Shown: positions 7,506 to 16,556 of the stretch, one piece after another | Position numbering within the stretch: the first letter of the stretch is position 1 | How the letters are laid out: each line of letters begins with the position of its first letter | NCBI GenBank assembly: GCA_964648855.1 | Contig: CAZYLT010000023.1 | Coordinates: 1-31,003 of the forward strand | Direction: 5' to 3' | Length of the DNA stretch: 31,003 nt | From: an uncultured archaeon | GTDB taxonomy: Archaea > Asgardarchaeota > Thorarchaeia > Thorarchaeales > Thorarchaeaceae | Notes under the pieces: generated by a model | Told to the model about the DNA's origin: nothing | Database searches by the model: none | Seen by the model: only the letters and a program-made list of their open reading frames with translations | Program-made: the position numbers and the translations under genes

Positions 7506-8006
7506 ATGTTGGAAGGCAAACTCCACCATCCGTCATCTGACTTCGCTAAGGAGCTTGAAAAGGTTCCTGGCGGCGAAGCTATAAAGAAATGTGTTCAATG
7601 CGGAATTTGTACAGCAACCTGCATGGTTGCCCGCGAATCAGACAAGTATCGACCGCGTCAACTCATACAGAAGATACTCCTTGGCGAACGTGAGGAGGTT
7701 CTGAAGAGTCTTCAACCGTGGCTATGTATGTCTTGTATGATGTGCGAGGAGAGATGCCAAGAAGGGGTCAGTCCTGCCGATATATTCCATGCAGTTCGAC
7801 GCATAGCTGCAAGAGAAGGACATATACCTCCCGCCTACAGGCAAACTGTTGATACAGTTCTTGAGGACGGCTGGCTTCTAGAGGATTCTTACTCAGATTT
7901 TATTGAAGATGATCGGGATGACTTGGGTCTCGAAACAGAGTTGAATTGGAACAAGAAATTCGTAGAACATGTTAAGAAGAAATACTTCCCCGAGGTAGAA
8001 GAATAA
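7506..8006 (+). CDS. hdrC: Heterodisulfide reductase subunit C
   Basis: CVQCGICTATC and WLCMSCMMCEERC; translationally coupled to hdrB. Confidence 0.92.
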   Translation: MLEGKLHHPSSDFAKELEKVPGGEAIKKCVQCGICTATCMVARESDKYRPRQLIQKILLGEREEVLKSLQPWLCMSCMMCEERCQEGVSPADIFHAVRRIAAREGHIPPAYRQTVDTVLEDGWLLEDSYSDFIEDDRDDLGLETELNWNKKFVEHVKKKYFPEVEE

Positions 8007-8144
8007 TGGATGAAATTTTGCTCTATCGTGGGTGTACGACGCCAGTTCGACTTCCTAATTATGAAGCCGCTACTATCGCAGTTTTGAAGAAACTCGGTGT
8101 CAACGTGCGCCCAATGAAGGACGCTAACTGTTGTGGTGCGCAGT
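7771..8144 (+). repeat. Copy 1 of a 374-bp dispersed direct repeat spanning the hdrC-hdrB junction
   Basis: Gapless hand alignment with 28321-28694: about 44 mismatches (~88% identity). Confidence 0.92.
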
Positions 8145-8878
8145 ACGTAGAATCTTTGTCAAGAAATGCTTTTGCGGCTATGAGTGGAAGAATATTGGCT
8201 CTTGCTGAAAAGGATGGACTGGATATCTTGGCTATCTGTGGAGCCTGCTCCGGCTCATTAAAAGTAAACAAACACTATCTTGACACTAACGACGAAGCCA
8301 AGGACGAACTGAATGAGCTCTTGGCTGAAGAAGGTCTTGAATACTCAGGTACTAGCAGAGTACGACATTTGCTACAGGTTTTCAATGAGGATATTGGATT
8401 TGAGAAGATAGAGAAAGCAATCACTCGACCATACAAAGGGTTGAAGCTTGCTGCACACTATGGATGTCACGTGACTCGACCTGGTGATATTGTTCAAGTA
8501 GATGATCCCGAGAATCCCACAATCATTGATGACCTCATCGCCTTGGTTGGGGCAACTCCCATTGATTACACTGGAAAAACACGATGTTGTGGAGGTCCAA
8601 TGTTGGCGATGGATGATGGCATCGCAACAGCTATTGGACAGGACAAAATTGCGAATATCAAGAAAGCAGGCGCCCAAGGTGTTGTGACTGCCTGTGTCTT
8701 CTGTAACATTCAACTTACACAGGCACAGTTTTCTGGTGAAATAGATCGAAGTCAGCTCTTGCCTACTATTACAGTACCGCAACTGCTTGGGCCCGCTTTG
8801 GGAATTGATGATGATTCGCTTGGGCTTATGCTCAATCGAATAAGTCCTGATGCGATTATGAATACACTTGGAGGTTAG
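8006..8878 (+). CDS. hdrB: Heterodisulfide reductase subunit B
   Basis: Two intact CCG domains: GC...CCG...CGAC and HYGCH...CCGG...CVFC. Confidence 0.93.
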   Translation: MDEILLYRGCTTPVRLPNYEAATIAVLKKLGVNVRPMKDANCCGAQYVESLSRNAFAAMSGRILALAEKDGLDILAICGACSGSLKVNKHYLDTNDEAKDELNELLAEEGLEYSGTSRVRHLLQVFNEDIGFEKIEKAITRPYKGLKLAAHYGCHVTRPGDIVQVDDPENPTIIDDLIALVGATPIDYTGKTRCCGGPMLAMDDGIATAIGQDKIANIKKAGAQGVVTACVFCNIQLTQAQFSGEIDRSQLLPTITVPQLLGPALGIDDDSLGLMLNRISPDAIMNTLGG

Positions 8879-8881
8879 AAA

Positions 8882-10213
8882 GTGACAACCACAAAATCAT
8901 CGACAAAGGGCAAGGATAAATCACAATCTAGAGATGCTCTGATTATTGGCGGTGGAGTTGCTGGCATGCAGGCTGCCCTCGATATTGCTAATCAAGGATT
9001 CCACGTATATTTGGTTGAGAAATCCCCCTCGATTGGAGGACGCATGGCTCAAATCGATAAGACCTTTCCCACCTTGGACTGTTCAGCATGCATTCTGACA
9101 CCCAAACTGAGCGAAGTTGGACGTCATCCAGATATTGAGCTCTTGACATATTCTGAGGTCAAAGACGTCAAGGGCGAGGAAGGTAATTTCACCGTGGAAG
9201 TGCTGAGGAAAGCACGAATGGTAGAAGAAGAATTATGTTCAGGATGTGGTCAGTGTATTGAAGTCTGTCCAATTGAGGTTTCGAATGAGTTTGACCAGAG
9301 CCTCGGATTTAGAAAGGCAATCTATATGCCGTTCCCACAGGCTACTCCCAACACTGTGACTATTGATATGGAAACCTGTATCCAATGTAGCAGATGTGTG
9401 ACTGCCTGTGATAGGGAGGCAATAAACCACAGTCAGAAAGACAAGATTATTGAGTTGAATGTTGGAGCAATCATTATTGCAACCGGCTACAAGCTCTTTG
9501 ATGTTGCAGAATACTCTCGCTTTGGTTACAGCAAGTTCCCTAACGTTATTCATGCAATGGAATATGAACGTTTGATAAATGCTGCCGGTCCTACTGCAGG
9601 CCATCTGGTGAGATTGAGTGACGGAAAGATTCCCAAGAGCATTGCTTTCATTCAATGTGTAGGTGCTCGTGATGTCAACAAGGGCGTTCCACTCTGTTCG
9701 CGAATTTGTTGTATGTATGGGATCAAGAATGCTGTAATGGCGAAGGAGCACGAACCTGACATAGATGTGACTATGTACTACCTCGACATCCGTGCCTTTG
9801 GTAAAGACTTCGAACAGTTCTATGAACGGGCAAAGTCGCGATTTGGTGTGAATTTTGTGCGTGGCAGAGTCGGAGAAGTGGTCCAAGATCCTGACACCAA
9901 TAACTTGATTGTTACTGTGGAAAACACAGAAACCGGTGAAGTGCTACAAGTTGAATATGACTTAGTTGTTCTCAGTCCTGGCATTCAACCACCGTCAGAA
10001 CTAACAGAGCTTTTAGAAAAGATAGGATTAGATGTTGATGAAAACGGCTATGTCGAGGCCCGGGACATACTCTCAACTCCCGTTGATACTACCATATCCG
10101 GAGTGTATGTCTGTGGGTGTGCAGAGGGGCCAAAGGACATTCCCGATTCTGTATCCGAGGGAAGCGCGGCAGCAATGCGTGCGACCATTTCATTAAATGA
10201 TGGAGGTAACTGA
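8882..10213 (+). CDS. hdrA: HdrA-family flavoprotein, short paralogue (FAD domain + inserted 2x[4Fe-4S] ferredoxin; no N-terminal domain, no C-terminal ferredoxin)
   Basis: IIGGGVAG, DKTFPTLDCSACILTP, CSGCGQCIEVCP, CIQCSRCVTAC, MEYERL, IQCVGAR, CSRICCMYGIK and GPKDIPDSV. Confidence 0.93.
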   Translation: MTTTKSSTKGKDKSQSRDALIIGGGVAGMQAALDIANQGFHVYLVEKSPSIGGRMAQIDKTFPTLDCSACILTPKLSEVGRHPDIELLTYSEVKDVKGEEGNFTVEVLRKARMVEEELCSGCGQCIEVCPIEVSNEFDQSLGFRKAIYMPFPQATPNTVTIDMETCIQCSRCVTACDREAINHSQKDKIIELNVGAIIIATGYKLFDVAEYSRFGYSKFPNVIHAMEYERLINAAGPTAGHLVRLSDGKIPKSIAFIQCVGARDVNKGVPLCSRICCMYGIKNAVMAKEHEPDIDVTMYYLDIRAFGKDFEQFYERAKSRFGVNFVRGRVGEVVQDPDTNNLIVTVENTETGEVLQVEYDLVVLSPGIQPPSELTELLEKIGLDVDENGYVEARDILSTPVDTTISGVYVCGCAEGPKDIPDSVSEGSAAAMRATISLNDGGN

Positions 10214-10214
10214 G

Positions 10215-11966
10215 ATGTCTGACGAAATAGAACCAAGAATTGGCGTCTTTGTATGTCATTGTGGTCACAATATCGCAGGGACAGTGGATGTAGAATCAGT
10301 GGCAAAGATGGCAAAGGACCTGCCTTATGTTGTCTATTCAACCGATGATATGTTCATGTGTGCAGACAGTGGTCAACAACTGATAAAGGACAAAGTAGCA
10401 GAACATAACCTGAATCGGGTTGTTGTTGCAAGCTGTTCGCCAAGGATGCATGAACCAACTTTTAGACGAGTCGTAGAAGAAGCGGGTCTCAACAGATATC
10501 TCTTTGAGCAGGTCAACCTGCGAGAGCACGTATCATGGTGCCATATGCGAGAACCAGAGGCTGCCACAGAGAAAGCGAAGGATCTTGTTCGCATGTCGGT
10601 TGCTCGAGCCGCTAAACTTGAATCATTACCCATCAAGAGCGTTTCTGTAACTCCTAGAGCCTTGGTAATCGGCGGAGGTGTGACTGGAATGCACACTGCC
10701 CTTGACATCGCAGATAGAGGCTTTGATGCTGTTCTTGTGGAACGTGAGGCTGACTTGGGCGGACATGTGAAGAAATGGCACAGTCTTTACCCGACAGGTA
10801 GACACGGAGTCGAGATTGTAGATGAGCTCTCAGAAAGAATTCTCAAACACAAGCGCATCAAAGCATACACCAATAGTGAAGTTGTAGGGTTTGATGGTTA
10901 TATCGGGAATTTCGAGGCAACAATCAAGAATAATGAAACGAATAAGGAAGAGAAGCTGGATGTCGGAACAGCTGTCGTTGCAACTGGTTTCAAACCATTC
11001 AAGCCCCAGGGATACTATGGATATGGCTGGACCCCAGACATCGTTACCTTGGCAGAGCTAGAAGAGATGAAGGGTGAAGGTGAGCTCAAGAGACCTAGCG
11101 ATGGACGACCAGTAAAGAAAATTGCGATGATTGGGTGTGTCGGTTCCCGAGAACCTGACAAGAAGGGACACGAACACTGCTCACGATATTGCTGTACTGC
11201 AGTGGCAAATACGGCATCTCAGCTGAGGGATGAATTGGACGAGGTAGTGATCCTCTACCAAGACATACGAACCTATGGAAAGAACCATGAAGCGATTCAT
11301 AGGCAGGCTCGGGCAAAGCACGTCATATATAGTAAGTTTCCAACTGATGAGAAACCCGTTGTACATTACAAGGATGGGCAGATTACCATCACATGGACTG
11401 ATGTACTCTCAGGTGGTAAGTTGGAGTTCTTCCCGGACATGGTTGTGCTTGCATCTGCAATGCTACCCGCCGAGGGTACTGAAGAGGTTGCCAAGCTGTT
11501 TAGCCTAACACGAAGTCCCGACGGGTTCTTCAATCCAGAGCATATTAAACTGGCTCCGCTGACCACACACACCGCTGGTGTGATGATTGCTGGAACTGCC
11601 CAAGCTCCCAAAGGTGCATCTGAGTCTATTGTTGACGCAAGCGGTGCGGCAGCAAAGGCTGTTGGTCTGATGGCTCGAGGTGAGGTAGAAATCGAATCTA
11701 CAGTGTCTTATGTCATTGAGGACCTCTGTTCCTCATGCCACACGTGTGTTTCAGCTTGTCCATACGGTGCAATTAGTATTGATGAAACAAAAGAACCCGG
11801 AGTGGCAAAGGTAACCGAGGCAAAATGCCACGGTTGTGGTACTTGCGCTGCAGCATGTCCAAGCAGTGCAATAGTCATGCGACACTCTACTGACGAACAG
11901 ATTTTGACCATGGTTGAGGCATATCTTTGTCCTGAACAGCTCGTAGAGGGAGGTGCCAAGCAATGA
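10215..11966 (+). CDS. hdrA: HdrA-family flavoprotein, second paralogue (N-terminal Fe-S domain + FAD domain + C-terminal ferredoxin; no inserted ferredoxin)
   Basis: IGVFVCHCGHNIAG, ASCSPRMHE, VIGGGVTG, CVGSR, CSRYCC, CSSCHTCVSACP and CHGCGTCAAACP. ATG 10215 follows ggaggt. Confidence 0.93.
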   Translation: MSDEIEPRIGVFVCHCGHNIAGTVDVESVAKMAKDLPYVVYSTDDMFMCADSGQQLIKDKVAEHNLNRVVVASCSPRMHEPTFRRVVEEAGLNRYLFEQVNLREHVSWCHMREPEAATEKAKDLVRMSVARAAKLESLPIKSVSVTPRALVIGGGVTGMHTALDIADRGFDAVLVEREADLGGHVKKWHSLYPTGRHGVEIVDELSERILKHKRIKAYTNSEVVGFDGYIGNFEATIKNNETNKEEKLDVGTAVVATGFKPFKPQGYYGYGWTPDIVTLAELEEMKGEGELKRPSDGRPVKKIAMIGCVGSREPDKKGHEHCSRYCCTAVANTASQLRDELDEVVILYQDIRTYGKNHEAIHRQARAKHVIYSKFPTDEKPVVHYKDGQITITWTDVLSGGKLEFFPDMVVLASAMLPAEGTEEVAKLFSLTRSPDGFFNPEHIKLAPLTTHTAGVMIAGTAQAPKGASESIVDASGAAAKAVGLMARGEVEIESTVSYVIEDLCSSCHTCVSACPYGAISIDETKEPGVAKVTEAKCHGCGTCAAACPSSAIVMRHSTDEQILTMVEAYLCPEQLVEGGAKQ

Positions 11967-12412
11967 CACAAACCAAGACAAATTCATCTCAGTCTGATTC
12001 TGACGAGTGGGAACCACAGATAGTGGCGTTTTGTTGCAACTGGTGCAGCTATGCTGGGGCCGACCTTGCCGGCACATCACGCATTCAATATGCCCCAAAT
12101 GCACGCATCATTCGAGTGAATTGTACAGGGCGTATCACGCCTGAATTCATTCTATCTGCTCTGGAGATGGGTGCAGATGGTGTGTTAGTGTCGGGTTGTC
12201 ACCCAGGAGACTGTCATTATACAAACGGAAACCTAAAGGCTCGTGCCCGATGGGCTCTGATGGAAAAGGCCATTGAGCAATCGGGGTTGGATCCACGAAG
12301 AGTCAGGCTGCAATGGGCATCAGCCTCTGAGGCGCAAATATTTGCAGATGGAGTCAATAAACTAACAGAACAAGTGAGAGATCTTGGACCAATCAGGAGA
12401 AACTGGAAATGA
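11963..12412 (+). CDS. mvhD: Methyl-viologen-reducing hydrogenase delta subunit ([2Fe-2S]), Cys-only form
   Basis: FCCNWCSYAGADLAG, RVNCTGR, GCHPGDCHY and WASASE; ATGA overlap with hdrA. Confidence 0.95.
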   Translation: MTQTKTNSSQSDSDEWEPQIVAFCCNWCSYAGADLAGTSRIQYAPNARIIRVNCTGRITPEFILSALEMGADGVLVSGCHPGDCHYTNGNLKARARWALMEKAIEQSGLDPRRVRLQWASASEAQIFADGVNKLTEQVRDLGPIRRNWK

Positions 12413-12642
12413 CGAAGTTTCAACACTTTTTCGAACAAAAACGTGGAGAAGTGCGTAGACAGAGGCGCAAACTCCAAGAATTGCTAACAGAGGGACCGGC
12501 CACAGTCAGCCAACTGTCCTCGAAGACAGAATACTCAAAGGACTTGGTTGTCTGGAATCTCATGGGAATGCTTCGTTGGGGGCAAATTGAAATCACAGGT
12601 CAAGAAAACGAAGAGCTGATCTATTCGCTGAAGGAAGAATAG
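12409..12642 (+). CDS. Small winged-helix-like protein closing the hdr-mvhD operon
   Basis: ATGA overlap with mvhD. LLTEGPATVSQLSSKTEYSKDLVVWNLMGMLRWGQIEITG...IYSL fits a wHTH pattern. Confidence 0.75.
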   Translation: MTKFQHFFEQKRGEVRRQRRKLQELLTEGPATVSQLSSKTEYSKDLVVWNLMGMLRWGQIEITGQENEELIYSLKEE

Positions 12643-13217
12643 CCCACCCCGTTCAATGCATATCCTCAGTTTATTGGGGTGTCCTTGGGCGCCTTCTTGC
12701 TTTCCTAAGGCTCCATATTCTCTTTGTGAGCCTCTTCTGCAGCTGTTGAAACTCCGTGATAATGCCACGTGAAGAGAACAATCCCTCTACCAGATACAAT
12801 GCATAAGACAAGGTTTTATTGCAATTCTAGCAAAGAGTGTTGCATCAGTTAGGATCTCCGGCTGCATGGGCCATACAGGAACTTGACCAAAAATGGAATG
12901 AGAGAGGTCGCCATAATGGTCCCGAGAACTATAAACAAATGATGCATTATCCCGCATGGTTTGGTTTTCTATGGGGCACTAGAGTTAGGTAAGCCTTGAT
13001 GGTGTCCTATTATTTTCGTCGTGTTTTGTAATACCTTTTCGTGACTCAGCAATTTACGTGACTTTTGATATGCTTCAAAGGAAAGACAGGTATTCTCCAA
13101 AGTAACAGCCGCGCGTTCTCTTAAGATCTATTGTCATTTAGCCAAAAACTGGTGTGTATTCATAACGGGTTTGTTTATCAATATCTTTCAACTAGAAATC
13201 TGACAAGAGGTCTATCT

Positions 13218-14951
13218 TTGGTAGATGATAACAGGGAAACTGAATGGCTTCATAGCATACTCGAGATTGTGACCGATGGAATTGTCGTGTTGCAAGACAA
13301 CGAGATAGTTGATGCTAATTCTGTATTCTCCACAATGCTAGGATACGAAAAAGATGACCTCATTTTCATGGCATTTGAAGACCTTGTAGACTCCTTATCT
13401 CGCAGACACCATAGTAACATGCTAGATGCTCTTGCGGATGCAGAGAATGTTGAACCCTTTAGTACTCGGATGCGAACAAAACAAGGCGACTTGCTTCATG
13501 TTGAGATTAATCCCCGCATCATTAGTTTTGACGGTGATGACGCTGTTCTGATAGCTGTAAATAATGTGACTGGGCAAATCGTGCTCGAGGAAACCGTCCT
13601 TGAACTAGAAAACAGATTTGCAAATCTCTATGACTTGTCCCCCATCGCCTATTTGACATTGAATCGGGAGGGTATAATCGAACAGGTGAATAAGGCTACA
13701 GAAGACCTTTTTGGTTACACTGCGGACAAGCTTATTGGAGCCAATTTTTCAACTCTTTTTCTAGAGAGAACAGAAGAATATGATCCAGCGGGAGACATAC
13801 TCGCCGAAGTGTCCAGAGGTCGTACAGTGAATGCTCTAGAAGTTGAGATGGCACGTTCCGACAAACGACCTATTTGGGCATCCATCTCATCCAGTTCACT
13901 TACTCCCGGCTCTGAAAAGCCTCGTGAGATAGGTTTGATGGCAGTAGATATTACTAGGAGGAAACAAGCAGAGGATAGACTCAGAGAAGAGAGGGAGCGG
14001 GCTGACCTCTATCTTGGGCTTATGACAAGCGATTTGAATATCATTAATCAAAGCGCTCTCTTTGCACTTGAGAACTTGAAAGTGTCAATGGACCTGCCTG
14101 AAGCAGAGCTTGAACTCATCAATGAAACCGCATGGAATATTCGAAGATCGTCCCGCATGATTGCTAACATGGAGGTTCTCTTCAAACTTGCTAGAAGTCC
14201 TCCTGATAAGGTTAAGACGAGAGTACGTACTCATTTCAACAGAGCAGCAACTGAAGTTGACCGTGATTTCGAATGGAAAGATTTGGAAATCAATACGAAT
14301 ATTGGAGACGAGCCCTTGGAGGTTTTAGGAGATATGTTTCTTTGGAGTATTTTCTTCAATATTCTCCATAATGCCATGATATACGATTCGAGTAAGAAGG
14401 TACAGGTTGATGTCAATGCTAGTATCGTCGATATGGGTCGTGAAGTACGAATCGAATTTGCAGATCGAGGACCGGGCATACCCGATGACCGAAAGCCACA
14501 CGTATTCAAAAGAGAAGGCATTGCCAAAGCTGAACCTACAGGAAAAGGATTAGGCCTAACTGTTGTTGATAGGTATGTCACAGACCTTGGAGGACGTGTT
14601 TGGGTCGAAGACAGGATTCCCGGAGAGCCATCAAAGGGTAGCAAGTTTGTTCTTGTTCTACCAAGGTGGCAAGAACAACTACAAATTCCTCCTATTACAT
14701 TCTACAAGTCCCAGCATTGTGTGTTCTGTGACCCAGTCTTGGATATTCTAACCTCCGTACTGGATGATATGGGGATAAGTAGGTCAATCATTAGTGTTGT
14801 GGATGTAGAAGACCCTAACGCAGGCATTTCAGAAGACGAATTGCCCGCGCTACCAGCAATCCAACTGGGAGGTCGTAGACTGGCAGGATATGTCCCTGAA
14901 GAGGACATGCGTCAGGAAATAGTCAAGCTTATGATGACGGCATCTGAGTAA
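13218..14951 (+). CDS. PAS-PAS-HATPase sensor-kinase-like protein lacking the H-box His, with a C-terminal thioredoxin-like CxxC domain
   Basis: Two PAS domains; N box NILHNAM, G1 DRGPGIP, G2 GKGLGL. The H-box region reads LMTSDLN. C-terminus FYKSQHCVFC...VVDVE...LPAI. TTG 13218 behind gaggt preferred over 13131. Confidence 0.85.
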   Translation: MVDDNRETEWLHSILEIVTDGIVVLQDNEIVDANSVFSTMLGYEKDDLIFMAFEDLVDSLSRRHHSNMLDALADAENVEPFSTRMRTKQGDLLHVEINPRIISFDGDDAVLIAVNNVTGQIVLEETVLELENRFANLYDLSPIAYLTLNREGIIEQVNKATEDLFGYTADKLIGANFSTLFLERTEEYDPAGDILAEVSRGRTVNALEVEMARSDKRPIWASISSSSLTPGSEKPREIGLMAVDITRRKQAEDRLREERERADLYLGLMTSDLNIINQSALFALENLKVSMDLPEAELELINETAWNIRRSSRMIANMEVLFKLARSPPDKVKTRVRTHFNRAATEVDRDFEWKDLEINTNIGDEPLEVLGDMFLWSIFFNILHNAMIYDSSKKVQVDVNASIVDMGREVRIEFADRGPGIPDDRKPHVFKREGIAKAEPTGKGLGLTVVDRYVTDLGGRVWVEDRIPGEPSKGSKFVLVLPRWQEQLQIPPITFYKSQHCVFCDPVLDILTSVLDDMGISRSIISVVDVEDPNAGISEDELPALPAIQLGGRRLAGYVPEEDMRQEIVKLMMTASE

Positions 14952-15015
14952 TTTCCGTTATAGGAAGCACAATTAAGAGTAATTCTGCAAATGTTGCTAT
15001 AAACTTGTGATTTGA

Positions 15016-15471
15016 ATGACGCAAGAAGAATTGAAAGCTACCTCTATAGGAAAAATTGTTCGTGAAGATGACTACATCGCAATCAGAGTCTTTGATAAAT
15101 ACTGGACAGGTGTCCATAATCTCGACAAATTTTCTCATCTTGTTGTGCTATGGTGGCTTACAGAAAATGATAATGAAGAGGCTCGAAATCATTTGAGGGC
15201 AAACCCCCCGCATGTCCCTGAGGCGGAAGAGTCAGGGGTATTTGCTACAAGATCAAGTCACCGTCCCACACCCATCGCTCTCTCCATCGTAAAACTGCTA
15301 TCGGTTGACGAGGAAAGGAAGCATCTTATCCTTGACCAAATTGATGCATTCGACCAAACACCTGTGGTCGACATCAAGCCGTACATGCCAACATCTGACA
15401 GAGTAGATGAAGCGAAGGTTGCAAAATGGTTTGAAAATCTTAAGCCTAGATATACTGAGACAAATTTCTAG
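15016..15471 (+). CDS. trmO: tRNA m6t6A37 methyltransferase TrmO/TsaA (YaeB family)
   Basis: FSHLVVLWW, GVFATRSSHRPTPIALS and DAFDQTPVVDIKPY. Confidence 0.9.
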   Translation: MTQEELKATSIGKIVREDDYIAIRVFDKYWTGVHNLDKFSHLVVLWWLTENDNEEARNHLRANPPHVPEAEESGVFATRSSHRPTPIALSIVKLLSVDEERKHLILDQIDAFDQTPVVDIKPYMPTSDRVDEAKVAKWFENLKPRYTETNF

Positions 15472-15647
15472 TTGTTTCATATATTCCTAGATCCAACCAT
15501 TTTTCCACAAATATGCCAGCAATCACGGATAGACATTTCATCACTTCATTCATCTTGCTATTCAGAGATGACAGGTAGATGTCATGCATTCCAGTTATTG
15601 ACTCTCTGTAGGTTCCAAATATCGTCGGTCAGTCATTAACTATTCTG

Positions 15648-16514
15648 CTATAATTCCTTGTTGAACAAAAAAATCTGAGTTCTATGAATATCATCAGTAA
15701 ACCAAGGAAGACCGTCTATTGTGCTTTCAAAGCCAGTTTCAGTGATGCCCATCACTGCATCAAATTGTTGGTCGCATGCCAAGTCAAGATGATACGAAAG
15801 ATGGGAAAGAAAGGTGTCCTCGTCTGTGGCATAGACTGTAAATGACCATTGATCGCCATCACCTTCTTTTCTGATGCCCCCGACAGAAAGTCCACTCACT
15901 TTGTCTCCATCTTGGCTTAGATGGTAAGAACATTTGTGGTCAAGATTTTGCAGAGATTGGTCCGTGAATTCCCAAGATTTCCAGTCATGAACGATTACCT
16001 GATGAAGGAATCCAAAGCCATTCTGGTCTAGCAACTCTTCTATGTGACGAGGGCTTGCTTGCAGAACCTCTTTCTCTTTATGCCTCCAATCAATCTCCGA
16101 TAAATCACCTTTCCAGAACACGTACATCTGAAGTATTTTTTCTAGACCAATCCTCTCAGCCAATGCTAATGACTCCACATTATCGCTGGCGGTTGTGTAT
16201 CGTATCCTCTCAACTCCGAGATCATGAGAAACATTGACAAGATAATCAGTGAGTCTGTTTGCGTACCCCTGTCCTCGGTGCTCAGAATGAACTCGCAGCC
16301 CCTCAAACCAAGCTGTCTTTCCGTCATCTATTACCCTTAGATTGGCAATCGCAGTGAGTTTCCCATCGACTTCTATGCCGAAAGTATGACAGTTAGCATC
16401 CTCAAGCCAGTCACCGATTTGACGGGGTAAGTAGTCATGACCGCCCCAGACATTTTTTGATATCTCCTTGATATCGGGCACGTCATCTTTTCTAACATCG
16501 CGGACTGTGGCCAT
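15648..16514 (-). CDS. GNAT family N-acetyltransferase
   Basis: WGGHDYLP and acetyl-CoA motif WFEGLRVHSEHRGQGYA; NVESLALAERIG. Confidence 0.88.
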   Translation of the reverse strand: MATVRDVRKDDVPDIKEISKNVWGGHDYLPRQIGDWLEDANCHTFGIEVDGKLTAIANLRVIDDGKTAWFEGLRVHSEHRGQGYANRLTDYLVNVSHDLGVERIRYTTASDNVESLALAERIGLEKILQMYVFWKGDLSEIDWRHKEKEVLQASPRHIEELLDQNGFGFLHQVIVHDWKSWEFTDQSLQNLDHKCSYHLSQDGDKVSGLSVGGIRKEGDGDQWSFTVYATDEDTFLSHLSYHLDLACDQQFDAVMGITETGFESTIDGLPWFTDDIHRTQIFLFNKEL

Positions 16515-16556
16515 CTTAGTATCAGCTCAGTATGTACTAGATTGATGGATGATTAA

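Noticed and set aside
8882-12412. Selenocysteine in HdrA or MvhD, as in Sec-using methanogens
   Set aside because: All frames are open with Cys codons and no in-frame TGA.
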